IMG/VR virus record: IMGVR_UViG_2852783553_000005
Location: 820 to 64,819 of that record
Strand: one strand, 5' to 3'
Source of the DNA: a virus
Lineage: Duplodnaviria; Caudoviricetes
DNA: 64,000 bases
Under the pieces are notes generated by a model, which had not been told where the DNA came from, did not search any database, and saw only the letters and a list, made by a program, of their open reading frames with translations. The position numbers and the translations under genes are program-made. Every line of letters starts with the position of its first letter. The first letter of the stretch is position 1. Of the stretch, positions 9,766-17,371 are shown piece after piece.

Positions 9766-10419
9766 ATGCTTTACCGCTCGTTGCTGCGCGACATCGCGGC
9801 CGACGTGCTACGCCGCGCGCAGACCACCGCCGCCGATCGCGTGTACACGCCGCGCGACTGGCCTACAACCGCATGTTATCCGTGCATTCTCGTTGACTGG
9901 CTGAGCGACCGGAAGGAAGCGCTCGGACAGGAACCGCCCGCATTCACCGCAACAGCGACGCTCGACGTTACCGGCCGGGTGCAGGAAACCAGCGTGGCCG
10001 CCGCGCGCGATACCTGCGAGGCGCTATGCGACCAGATCGAATGCGCGTTACTGACCTGCCGCGATCTGCTCGCGCACATTCAACGTGTATCGACCATCGA
10101 AAGCACGATGGAGCTGAACGCTACCGGCCGCGTGCATATCGCCGATATGCGTATGGCGTTCGAACTCGAATATTTCATTACTTTCGATCCCTTCACCGAT
10201 ACGCCGCCCGCGCTGCAACGCGTCGCGGTGCCGCTTGAATCGCTCGGCATCCACGCCGACACCGTGACGCCCGCCGACCCCTCTGGCACCTATCCGAATC
10301 CGCCATTTTCTAACGCCGTGACACCCGCGCCGCGCATGCGCGGCCCCGATGGTCGCGACGAGGGAACGCTCGAAATCACGCCTCAAGACCCGCCCGGCAG
10401 GAACCTCCGGCCCGTGTAG
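9766..10419 (+). CDS. Neck / tail-terminator-like protein
   Basis: C-terminal DPSGTYP.PPF..AV.PAPR..GPDGRDEG shared with 34488-35171. Confidence 0.65.
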   Translation: MLYRSLLRDIAADVLRRAQTTAADRVYTPRDWPTTACYPCILVDWLSDRKEALGQEPPAFTATATLDVTGRVQETSVAAARDTCEALCDQIECALLTCRDLLAHIQRVSTIESTMELNATGRVHIADMRMAFELEYFITFDPFTDTPPALQRVAVPLESLGIHADTVTPADPSGTYPNPPFSNAVTPAPRMRGPDGRDEGTLEITPQDPPGRNLRPV

Positions 10420-10486
10420 GTCCAGCGCACAGTCACCTTGCCGCTAGTTTGCCTGGCGCGTGCCATACTGAGGAAAGCACTCTCTG

Positions 10487-10993
10487 ATGCGAGTTGCCAT
10501 GCAAGACTGCCCCTTGAAAGATGATTTTCCCACCGGGTTTCATGAGGAACTCGGCGGCCTGCTCGTTGCGTGGGGCCGCGTCGAATATTTATTCAAGCTT
10601 TGCGGTAAGGATTTGTGCGGTGAGGGATTCACCGCAGGCATGCGCATCCAGATCGTCAAAGAGAAGAAATTCAATGATTTCTGTAAGCACTACGAGCCGC
10701 TCGCACAAGCCAAGCTTTCCGAGGAGCAAGCAAGCGTCTTTTCCGAGCTACTTGCTGAGGCACGCGAACTTCTGACCCTTCGCAATGACAACATCCATGC
10801 ACTGTGGACCACAGACGACCGTGGTGAGCCGGTACGGCTGCGGCCCAAAAAAAATAAGCATAGGGACGATGTGGACTGGTTTAAAAACGTTGTGCCAGTT
10901 TGCCAAATCCGCGATACGCGCAAGCGGATTGAAAACTTGTTTCTGCGAATCGACAAAGAGCGGCGCACCTGGTCGATTCCGCGCGCGCACTAG
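10487..10993 (+). CDS. Hypothetical protein with HEPN-like RxxxxH motif (moron)
   Basis: LGGLLVAWGRVE N-terminal helix and RNDNIH motif. Confidence 0.5.
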   Translation: MRVAMQDCPLKDDFPTGFHEELGGLLVAWGRVEYLFKLCGKDLCGEGFTAGMRIQIVKEKKFNDFCKHYEPLAQAKLSEEQASVFSELLAEARELLTLRNDNIHALWTTDDRGEPVRLRPKKNKHRDDVDWFKNVVPVCQIRDTRKRIENLFLRIDKERRTWSIPRAH

Positions 10994-11050
10994 CTATTCG
11001 ATGGTGTAACAGAGAAATGCCGGGATGGGAGCCTTGGATCAACAGGCAAC

Positions 11051-11073
11051 AAAAAACCCGCACAGGGCGGGTT
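11051..11073 (-). terminator. Intrinsic terminator (minus strand)
   Basis: A6-CCCGC-ACAGG-GCGGG-TT. Confidence 0.6.
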
Positions 11074-11187
11074 CCAGTTTGATACGACTTCGCCTAAAAT
11101 CAGCCGGTCTTGCCCTCAGTTTGCCCTAACGGTGAAACGGGGCAACGCACACGGGATACACAAACCGGCTGGAAGTCTTGATGCGTT

Positions 11188-11208
11188 TGGTTGCGGGGGC
11201 AGGATTTG
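11188..11208. repeat. att core (left prophage boundary), copy of tRNA-Met 3' end
   Basis: TGGTTGCGGGGGCAGGATTTG, 20/21 identical to 63957-63977. Confidence 0.9.
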
Positions 11209-11484
11209 GCACCACGAGACAGATTGTATGGCTCCATAGCGTGCCGCAGCGGGGTCGCCCCCGTGCCCGCATCACGCCCGTAACTGGAACGGACGACCTC
11301 GCAGGCACTTCCGTTATGCTTTCTGAATAACCAGGCGCACGCCCCAACAGCGTGCGCCTTTTTTGTGCCTGCGGAAGCAATCGGTTTCGGTCTGATGATA
11401 GAAAAACGCACTTGTCCACAGGCATCCACCGGCATTTATAAATATGTTGCTGTACATCCAACACTCGAACGGTGGAGACATGTC

Positions 11485-11766
11485 ATGCAAGAGGAGACTG
11501 ACCCGGCATCCGTTCCTCCGACGACCGGCGCGCGGCCCGGTCCCAAACCGGCTGTCATTGACACGGATTCGCGTCGCGTTTTCACGATTGACGAGTTTTG
11601 CGGCGCCTATCACCTGAGCCGGTCGTTCTATTACCGGCTACGACACACAGGACGGGGACCGCGCGAGGTTCACCTCGGTCGCAAGGTGGTCATTACCGTC
11701 GATGACGCGCGCGCATGGGAAGACCGGATGCACACGCTTACGCGTAAGGCCGAGCCGAATGGGTAA
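11485..11766 (+). CDS. Excisionase/AlpA-like HTH protein (likely recombination directionality factor)
   Basis: FTIDEFC..YHLSRSFYYRL...GRGP...GRKVVI..DARAW; follows the integrase in the circular genome. Confidence 0.75.
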   Translation: MQEETDPASVPPTTGARPGPKPAVIDTDSRRVFTIDEFCGAYHLSRSFYYRLRHTGRGPREVHLGRKVVITVDDARAWEDRMHTLTRKAEPNG

Positions 11767-11814
11767 CGCGCGCGGCCCGGATGACCGCGCTATTTTTCCG
11801 GGGGGGGGTTACAA

Positions 11815-12894
11815 ATGAATTACGGGTTTGATCTGTCTTCCTGCCAGTTCATAACCGATCACGAAGGGAAACGACTGCGGGTTGAAATGCCGATATGGTT
11901 GTTTGACCAGTTTGTGGAACTCAGGAACGCCGCGCTACGCGCACAGGCGACGGCTTTGGAAGAAAAAACACCACGCGGCGCGTACCGCAGTTCGCTCGCG
12001 GGGCTGACAGGCGTACCCGATGTTGCGGTCTCGGTCGATGCGCCGTTCCGGCCCACGCTCCCCGAACCGCGGACAAAACGTGAACGCGCCGAACGGCTGT
12101 TTCTGACGCCGGAAGAACGGCTGATGCAGGAGGCAACGCGAGCTGTCGAGTTCCCCACGGTGTCGGAAACGTCATCAGGCGCTCCTGCGGTGTCCTGCCA
12201 GGAAGAACCGGCCTCCCTGACGCCCCGCCACCCCGCGAAGCAGCAGGTATTCTTTCCGCGTGTATTTGTCGAGCCGATTCCCGATGAGGTTGCGCGACTG
12301 ATCGAGCAGGGCAACTACAACCTGCGGGCGTGGAGACTCTATCGGGACCTTACGCCCGTTGAGGCGGCTGAACTCGCGGGCCTCTCCCCCGGCACGGTTC
12401 TCTGGCACGAACGCGGCTATAACGTGCCCAGCGTCGAGACACTGAAGCGCTTCGCGGACGTGTACGACTGCACGACCGGGCAGTTGACCCCGCAACCTGG
12501 CTCCTGCACCAAACCCTACCAGTCCGTGCCGGCCCCAAAAGGCCATGTGGCCCAATTTGCACCCGACGACACTGAGTATCCCGACGCCGTGATGGCGCAC
12601 CTGATCGATGGCAGATCCCCGATTACCGCCTGGCGAATGTACCGGCGCATGACGATTGACCAGTGCGCCAAAGCCTTCGGCTGTACATCCAAGACCTTCA
12701 AGGGTATGGAAGCGTTACCCGTGCTGCGCGACCGGACCCGGAAGAGACTGGCGCTTGTCCTTTCCTGCAACCCTGTGCAGTTGCTGCACCCCCGAGGTCT
12801 TGAAAACAAAAACACATCGCGGCCCGGCGCTTCTGCGCATCGGACAGAACACCGTGCGGCCCGTAACGATAACGCGCATCGCGCGCACCTGTAA
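11815..12894 (+). CDS. Protein with two tandem XRE-family HTH domains
   Basis: Repeats P.EV..LI.G...LRAWRLYRDLT..EAA.. and PDAV..LIDG..PITAWRMYRRMT..QCA.. Confidence 0.7.
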   Translation: MNYGFDLSSCQFITDHEGKRLRVEMPIWLFDQFVELRNAALRAQATALEEKTPRGAYRSSLAGLTGVPDVAVSVDAPFRPTLPEPRTKRERAERLFLTPEERLMQEATRAVEFPTVSETSSGAPAVSCQEEPASLTPRHPAKQQVFFPRVFVEPIPDEVARLIEQGNYNLRAWRLYRDLTPVEAAELAGLSPGTVLWHERGYNVPSVETLKRFADVYDCTTGQLTPQPGSCTKPYQSVPAPKGHVAQFAPDDTEYPDAVMAHLIDGRSPITAWRMYRRMTIDQCAKAFGCTSKTFKGMEALPVLRDRTRKRLALVLSCNPVQLLHPRGLENKNTSRPGASAHRTEHRAARNDNAHRAHL

Positions 12895-13104
12895 CGCCGG
12901 AGAAAAATCGATGGAAAAGCGAGATTCAGTTGCAAGCACAAGCATAAGACCGCTTCGTTCCTGCACATACCGGTGCAGAACGGAAGTGAGAAATGTGCTG
13001 ACTGGTGCGCAGCGCCCGCGCACGTCCGCAGCCACCCTGGATGGATAGCATCGCGTTGTAAAGCGTCGCGGTCCCATCCCCGGACCGCGACGTGTGTGGT
13101 AATG

Positions 13105-13133
13105 CCCGCACCTTTGTGTGCGGGTTTTTTTTT
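13105..13133 (+). terminator. Intrinsic terminator directly upstream of an RBS
   Basis: CCCGCAC-CTTTGT-GTGCGGG followed by T9. Confidence 0.7.
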
Positions 13134-13152
13134 GCCTTTTGGAGGTAGGGAA

Positions 13153-13638
13153 ATGAGGCTTGGTGCAAATGTCTCCCATGTGCGTGAATACCTCGGATGG
13201 ACGCGAACCGAGTTCACGTATCGTTTCGCGCCCGCCACGTTCGACCATAACAACAGGAAGCGCTGCTACGACAATCTTCGTTCGCTCGAAGTGCGAAAGC
13301 AGCATTCGTCAGAATTGCTGGCGTGGATGGAACCTGTGTTGAGAATCAGCGCCGCTGTGTTGCAGACCGACGATCTGACCCAACTCACGCATGAAGGGAT
13401 GTCATCGTTGCGTGTCCGGTATGTCGGCCCGCCGATGGATGCGCTTACGGTGGTGGTGAACCGGTGCTGTGACGGCGTCAAGCCGACGCCTGATGAATAC
13501 CGGGCCGCTATGGAACAGGCAGATAAAGCCGGTAAGCGCGAAGCGGTGTTGCAACTGCTGGAGAAGATCGCAGCAGAACGGCGCAAGTGGCATCGTGGTG
13601 GATCGGCCCTGAGGCCCAATCGCTGGAATCAGGCGTAA
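13153..13638 (+). CDS. Putative XRE-like DNA-binding protein
   Basis: RBS GGAGG; LGANV..VREYLGWTRTEF start resembles an XRE HTH. Confidence 0.5.
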   Translation: MRLGANVSHVREYLGWTRTEFTYRFAPATFDHNNRKRCYDNLRSLEVRKQHSSELLAWMEPVLRISAAVLQTDDLTQLTHEGMSSLRVRYVGPPMDALTVVVNRCCDGVKPTPDEYRAAMEQADKAGKREAVLQLLEKIAAERRKWHRGGSALRPNRWNQA

Positions 13639-13640
13639 CG

Positions 13641-13670
13641 AAAAAAGGCCCGCGCAGTAGCGGGCCTTTT
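13641..13670. terminator. Bidirectional terminator between convergent genes
   Basis: AAAAAAGGCCCGC-GCAGTA-GCGGGCCTTTT; second hairpin at ~13677-13699. Confidence 0.75.
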
Positions 13671-13712
13671 CGCAGGAAAAAGCCCCGCCGAAGCGGGGAT
13701 AGCGAGCCGAAC

Positions 13713-14444
13713 TCAGAGATCAACGAAACGCGGCAACAGGTCCTGATCGGCGAGGCGGATTTCGATATCGTTAGCCGCCTTGACGTGCTCCCGGTTGTTC
13801 ACATCAAAGACTTCATCCGTCACGCTGATGATGATCGTGCCTTGCTGCTTGCCATCGCGCCTGACAGGGATAAGGGCGCGCGCTTCTGGCATCTGGGCCG
13901 ACGCGAGAGCGTGCGGAACATAGAGCATCCAGCTTACGCCTGGTCGGTCTTCGAAAACTTGCATTTCGAAATATTTGCGTGGGCCGAACGTCACGTAGAA
14001 TGGGTCGTAAATCTCAACGACCTTGGCGACGACTTCGGCAACGGATTGGCATCCGCCGAGCCGAGACGATGTCTGGTCTTTTTCATCCACGGCCAGTTCA
14101 AAGGATTGGGGTAAAAGCCCACCGCCATCGATCGAAATCGAGAATGCCGCGCCACCTTGATCTGACTGGATGCCATTCCAAATTCCGATGGTCTTCGACG
14201 CTCCTTCATCTTTGCCTTTATAGCGTGCAGCGACTTCATTCATTGCGTCTTTTGCGGGCCGATCGTCCTCGTAGACACGATACTTTAGCGCCTTCGTCAG
14301 ATCGTCTCCTTTGAGATACCAATTTTCAAGTAACCGGTCCTTCCGCACTAGCAATTCGATAACCGGCCGAAGACGTTCGAAATGAAAGAAAAAATCTCTG
14401 TTGGGAATGTTGTTGGCGTCCCGATGTTGCGAAAACAGGTTCAT
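13713..14444 (-). CDS. Imm52 family immunity protein
   Basis: WYLKG, GIWNG, QVFEDRPGVSWMLYVP, GTIIISV..VFD..N.EH..AN.IEIRL..QDLLP; follows Tox-REase-5. Confidence 0.85.
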   Translation of the reverse strand: MNLFSQHRDANNIPNRDFFFHFERLRPVIELLVRKDRLLENWYLKGDDLTKALKYRVYEDDRPAKDAMNEVAARYKGKDEGASKTIGIWNGIQSDQGGAAFSISIDGGGLLPQSFELAVDEKDQTSSRLGGCQSVAEVVAKVVEIYDPFYVTFGPRKYFEMQVFEDRPGVSWMLYVPHALASAQMPEARALIPVRRDGKQQGTIIISVTDEVFDVNNREHVKAANDIEIRLADQDLLPRFVDL

Positions 14445-14451
14445 GGCCGAC

Positions 14452-15075
14452 TCAGGGTTGATAGATAGAAGAAACGCCATTGGCTGAGAGAGTTCGCAGC
14501 ATATAGGCGCGGGTCTTCGGCGTTTGAAAGTACCACATTAGCTTCGCAGGAGGATTAGCGCGCACGATCGCGCCCTGCGTCTTGATCTGATCTTGCATCG
14601 AATCGAAGCCCGTGAAAAAGCGCAATACTTCGCCATCGTCCCTTATGAACTGATCGTAATTCCCCTTCGCTTCCTGCAAGAGACATCGGGAAGACTGAAA
14701 CCCATCAAAATCCGTGGCGAACCATTCCCATTCCATATTCCAGCCTTGGCTGGTCTCCCGGCCTTTGCCGTCCGTTGTAATCCCATACTCGAAGCCGGTA
14801 ATGCGCGCCTGATAGCGTCGAGGCTCGGGATTCATGCTGTGATTTCGCTGTACCTTTTTGCCGGCCTTCTCAGGCGGGCACTTGCACGGTCTCTCGCGCT
14901 CGCGGCTCCGGTCACGCGGTAGTTCGCCCCATCCGCCGTCTGCACCTGCGCCAGTGCTGCTGCTGCCTGCGGGACCAGCAGACGGTGCGGCGGTGGGGAC
15001 CGGAACAGGCATAGGCATTGCCTGCGCCATTGCGTTTGCTGCGTGTGCGAGCGCCGCCGGGAATGGAATACCCAT
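14452..15075 (-). CDS. Tox-REase-5 restriction-endonuclease-fold toxin
   Basis: CKCPP, YQARITG, DFDGF...CLLQEAKGNYDQF, P.AKLMWYFQTP. Confidence 0.88.
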   Translation of the reverse strand: MGIPFPAALAHAANAMAQAMPMPVPVPTAAPSAGPAGSSSTGAGADGGWGELPRDRSRERERPCKCPPEKAGKKVQRNHSMNPEPRRYQARITGFEYGITTDGKGRETSQGWNMEWEWFATDFDGFQSSRCLLQEAKGNYDQFIRDDGEVLRFFTGFDSMQDQIKTQGAIVRANPPAKLMWYFQTPKTRAYMLRTLSANGVSSIYQP

Positions 15076-15419
15076 CAGCGTTTCTCCTTCATTTCCTGTT
15101 GCCTTTTACCCGTTGCCTGTAGCAGCATTTCAAATCGCTGTTCAGCCGGAACGCCTGATTTGTGCAGCCATGCCATGACCGCCGGAATCCGGTAAAACCC
15201 CGGCGTGGTGGCTTCCACATACAGGAAATTGACTATCGGCACGTCACGCGTAAAGCGGAGTACCTTGGTTTGCGCGAAGGCCGCATTAAGCCGGTCGCGC
15301 AAGGTCGGATCATTGGCCAGCGCGGGATAGTCGCACACGATATGACCACGGATAAAGTCCACATAGTTGCGGTCTTCGTGGGCTTTCAGAAGCGCCCATT
15401 GCCCTTCAGTAAATTCCAT
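15075..15419 (-). CDS. Hypothetical protein (co-chaperone position in DUF4123 loci)
   Basis: Overlaps both neighbours; MEFTEGQW..L helical protein. Confidence 0.6.
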   Translation of the reverse strand: MEFTEGQWALLKAHEDRNYVDFIRGHIVCDYPALANDPTLRDRLNAAFAQTKVLRFTRDVPIVNFLYVEATTPGFYRIPAVMAWLHKSGVPAEQRFEMLLQATGKRQQEMKEKR

Positions 15420-15909
15420 TGTCGTTGATGGTGAACCGTCGTCCTTCGTTGAGGTAGTGCCACGCGTCGGCAGCCCTGAAAAGCTCGCGCTCGCTCCTGC
15501 CGTGGCATACCGCATTGAGCGCATGCAACACCCTGGGGTCCCAGAAGCGCAGCAGGGCGGAACGTCCGTCCGGTATTCGGGTATCCAGGTGCGGGCGCAG
15601 CTTTGCGGCCTGCCTCTCCAGGCTCTCTGAGGTGATCAGCCAGATCACGCCAGGGCGGGCCTGTTCGAGCTCGCGCAGGACCGCAAGATGGTCGCGCGCC
15701 GTCGTCAGATCAACCAGCCACGGCCCCGCGTGTGCGAGTGCCATGTCGTTCGTGCCCGCGAACAGCGAAACCGTCCTATCGTTTTCGGGCATGAATTGCT
15801 GGCCGGTATGCTGCTGGTAATGAATACCGTCCACCAGCGCCAGCACGTGGCCACTGAAGTGCCGTTCCCCATACTGGCGAAGCTGTTCATTGACAGAGGC
15901 GGGAATCAT
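15406..15909 (-). CDS. DUF4123 (T6SS effector adaptor/chaperone)
   Basis: ALVDG, SLF.GT...LAHAGPWLV, LRPHL, ALLRFWDPRVL. Confidence 0.88.
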   Translation of the reverse strand: MIPASVNEQLRQYGERHFSGHVLALVDGIHYQQHTGQQFMPENDRTVSLFAGTNDMALAHAGPWLVDLTTARDHLAVLRELEQARPGVIWLITSESLERQAAKLRPHLDTRIPDGRSALLRFWDPRVLHALNAVCHGRSERELFRAADAWHYLNEGRRFTINDNGIY

Positions 15910-16268
15910 CAGCGCTCCAGGGTCATTGCGCCTTGCCCGGCAGCGTGGATCATGCATTCGAGACAGATAGACGACTGCGGAAGCACCGATCGGGGTGTTG
16001 CGCCGTGGAGCGATAACGGGCCTTTTTTCTGCGCGGTATCAGGGGTGCGTCCGCGACAATTGCACGCCCATGCGTAACCCAGGGCTTCGGCCATCTCGTA
16101 ACCGGTTGCATAGGACTTCAGACTATCGAACGGAAACCATTCGCCGGTTTCGGCGTTCAGCGCCATTGCAGACGGCATTGGCGGGAAGTTTGAGTAGATT
16201 GAATAGGTGATACGGCAAAGGTCGCACTCTTCCTTGCCCATGGTTTCATCCTGTTTCTGTTGCTCCAT
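15909..16268 (-). CDS. Small Cys-rich protein with VgrG/PAAR-like C-terminal tail
   Basis: RBS AGAGG; CDLC and CNC motifs; ends SICLECMIHAAGQGAMTLER; TGATG overlap with DUF4123. Confidence 0.6.
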   Translation of the reverse strand: MEQQKQDETMGKEECDLCRITYSIYSNFPPMPSAMALNAETGEWFPFDSLKSYATGYEMAEALGYAWACNCRGRTPDTAQKKGPLSLHGATPRSVLPQSSICLECMIHAAGQGAMTLER

Positions 16269-16427
16269 CTGACCTCTGCTGTTTTTCCAGAACACACCCG
16301 ACGAATTAACCATCCAAAACGCGACACGGTCAACGACTTTAAATTGAGATAAAGCCGTTTTGACAGATTTCCACAATTGCCCTTCCTATCTCAATTTAAG
16401 GTGCATTTTTCCAATATCACCGTCCAA

Positions 16428-16453
16428 CAAAAAAGCGGCATTGAGCCGCTTTT
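16428..16453. terminator. Bidirectional terminator
   Basis: A-run-AGCGGC-ATTGA-GCCGCT-TTT. Confidence 0.65.
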
Positions 16454-16474
16454 CCCGTAAGTGATCGACGCCGG

Positions 16475-16876
16475 TTAGTGCTTTGTCCATGAAGCGTCCA
16501 TAGCCGCCAGTTTCCCGTTCGCGCCCTGCGCAGCGTCAGCGAGAATCGCTGCCGCGTCCTGCGGTGTCAGTTGGCGGTTAGGAAGCCCCTTGGCGTCGAG
16601 CGCAAGCACCGTGTACAGTTCCTGATCGCAGCGGTTGGTCGCGTGGTAGTTCTCGCCGATCTGGATCATCAGTTCCAGCAGGCTGCGGTGTTCGTGTCTT
16701 TCCACGACAGTCACAGCAGGACTCCTGAGCATTGAGGTCGCAAGTGTGATCAGGTGTTGAAGTTGCTGGCTCTGCCGATCACAAAGATGGAAGGCCGCAA
16801 GCGCGAGCCGTTCATACTGGAGAGCGTCTACAGGGGGACGAGAGGGAGATTGCTGCTTTCGGGTGGGTTTGGTCAT
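16475..16876 (-). CDS. Hypothetical protein downstream of c4-like RNA
   Basis: RBS AAGGA, 133-aa helical ORF. Confidence 0.55.
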   Translation of the reverse strand: MTKPTRKQQSPSRPPVDALQYERLALAAFHLCDRQSQQLQHLITLATSMLRSPAVTVVERHEHRSLLELMIQIGENYHATNRCDQELYTVLALDAKGLPNRQLTPQDAAAILADAAQGANGKLAAMDASWTKH

Positions 16877-17118
16877 GCGCGGTCCTTGTTATCGTGAAGG
16901 ATCGCCCGGACACATAAGGAGGTGGTGAGCGGGCGCAGTGACAGGGTTGGCAGACCGGACTTGAAGACCAACGACCGGCAGGCGCGAGCGCCTCCCTGCC
17001 AAGGCCCGCCCGTAGAAAACAGACGTGCAGAGGCAAAGGCATCGCCTGCTAGGCAGGCGTGCCGGTCTTCAAGATTTTTCAGGCTGCCAAGCCTGATCCG
17101 TCGATGTTTTGACGGCAT
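16873..17118 (-). CDS. Ash/Icd-like leader ORF overlapping the c4 RNA and its targets
   Basis: GGPWQGGARAC....SGLPT..RP resembles the Ash-family motif; translation uncertain. Confidence 0.35.
   Translation of the reverse strand: MPSKHRRIRLGSLKNLEDRHACLAGDAFASARLFSTGGPWQGGARACRSLVFKSGLPTLSLRPLTTSLCVRAILHDNKDRA
16945..16970 (-). promoter_or_regulatory. c4 antisense target site (a2/b2-like)
   Basis: Minus-strand GGTCTTCAAG..CTGCCAA complementary to single-stranded parts of the RNA at 17060-17117. Confidence 0.75.
17060..17117 (-). ncRNA. c4 / P4 CI-type antisense RNA
   Basis: Minus strand: CCGTC-AAAACATC-GACGG hairpin, TCAGGC-TTGGCA-GCCTGA hairpin, CTTGAAGACC element, terminal TGCCG/CGGCA complementarity; TATAAT -10 at 17123-17128. 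Confidence 0.75.
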
Positions 17119-17151
17119 TCCGATTATAAGCGGATGCTGGAGAATTCGCGA

Positions 17152-17316
17152 TTATTGGGATAGTGCGCTGTCGCGAAAGCTCGAGGGGACTTTCACCGTC
17201 CCCGTATGACCTTCAATGCCGCTCACGGTGTTGTCGTTTCCTTCGATGTAAATCACGGTGCAGGCCGTCAGCATCGGGACCGCGAGAACGAGCAGGATCA
17301 ACGCAACGCGTCGCAT
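17152..17316 (-). CDS. Small lipoprotein
   Basis: RBS AGGAG; MRR + hydrophobic helix + lipobox LTAC. Confidence 0.65.
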   Translation of the reverse strand: MRRVALILLVLAVPMLTACTVIYIEGNDNTVSGIEGHTGTVKVPSSFRDSALSQ

Positions 17317-17371
17317 GATGGAGTTCTCCTGCGCGACAGGTAGGCGTCTACCGTCCGTGCCGTTTGCCTCA

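Noticed and set aside
7911-9767. 618-aa minus-strand ORF (likewise 1541-2611, 34992-36314, 30237-32387, 59639-60568)
   Set aside because: Antisense shadows of well-supported genes in GC-rich DNA
11188-11208. Second tRNA gene
   Set aside because: Only 21 bp of the 3' end match; it is the att duplication
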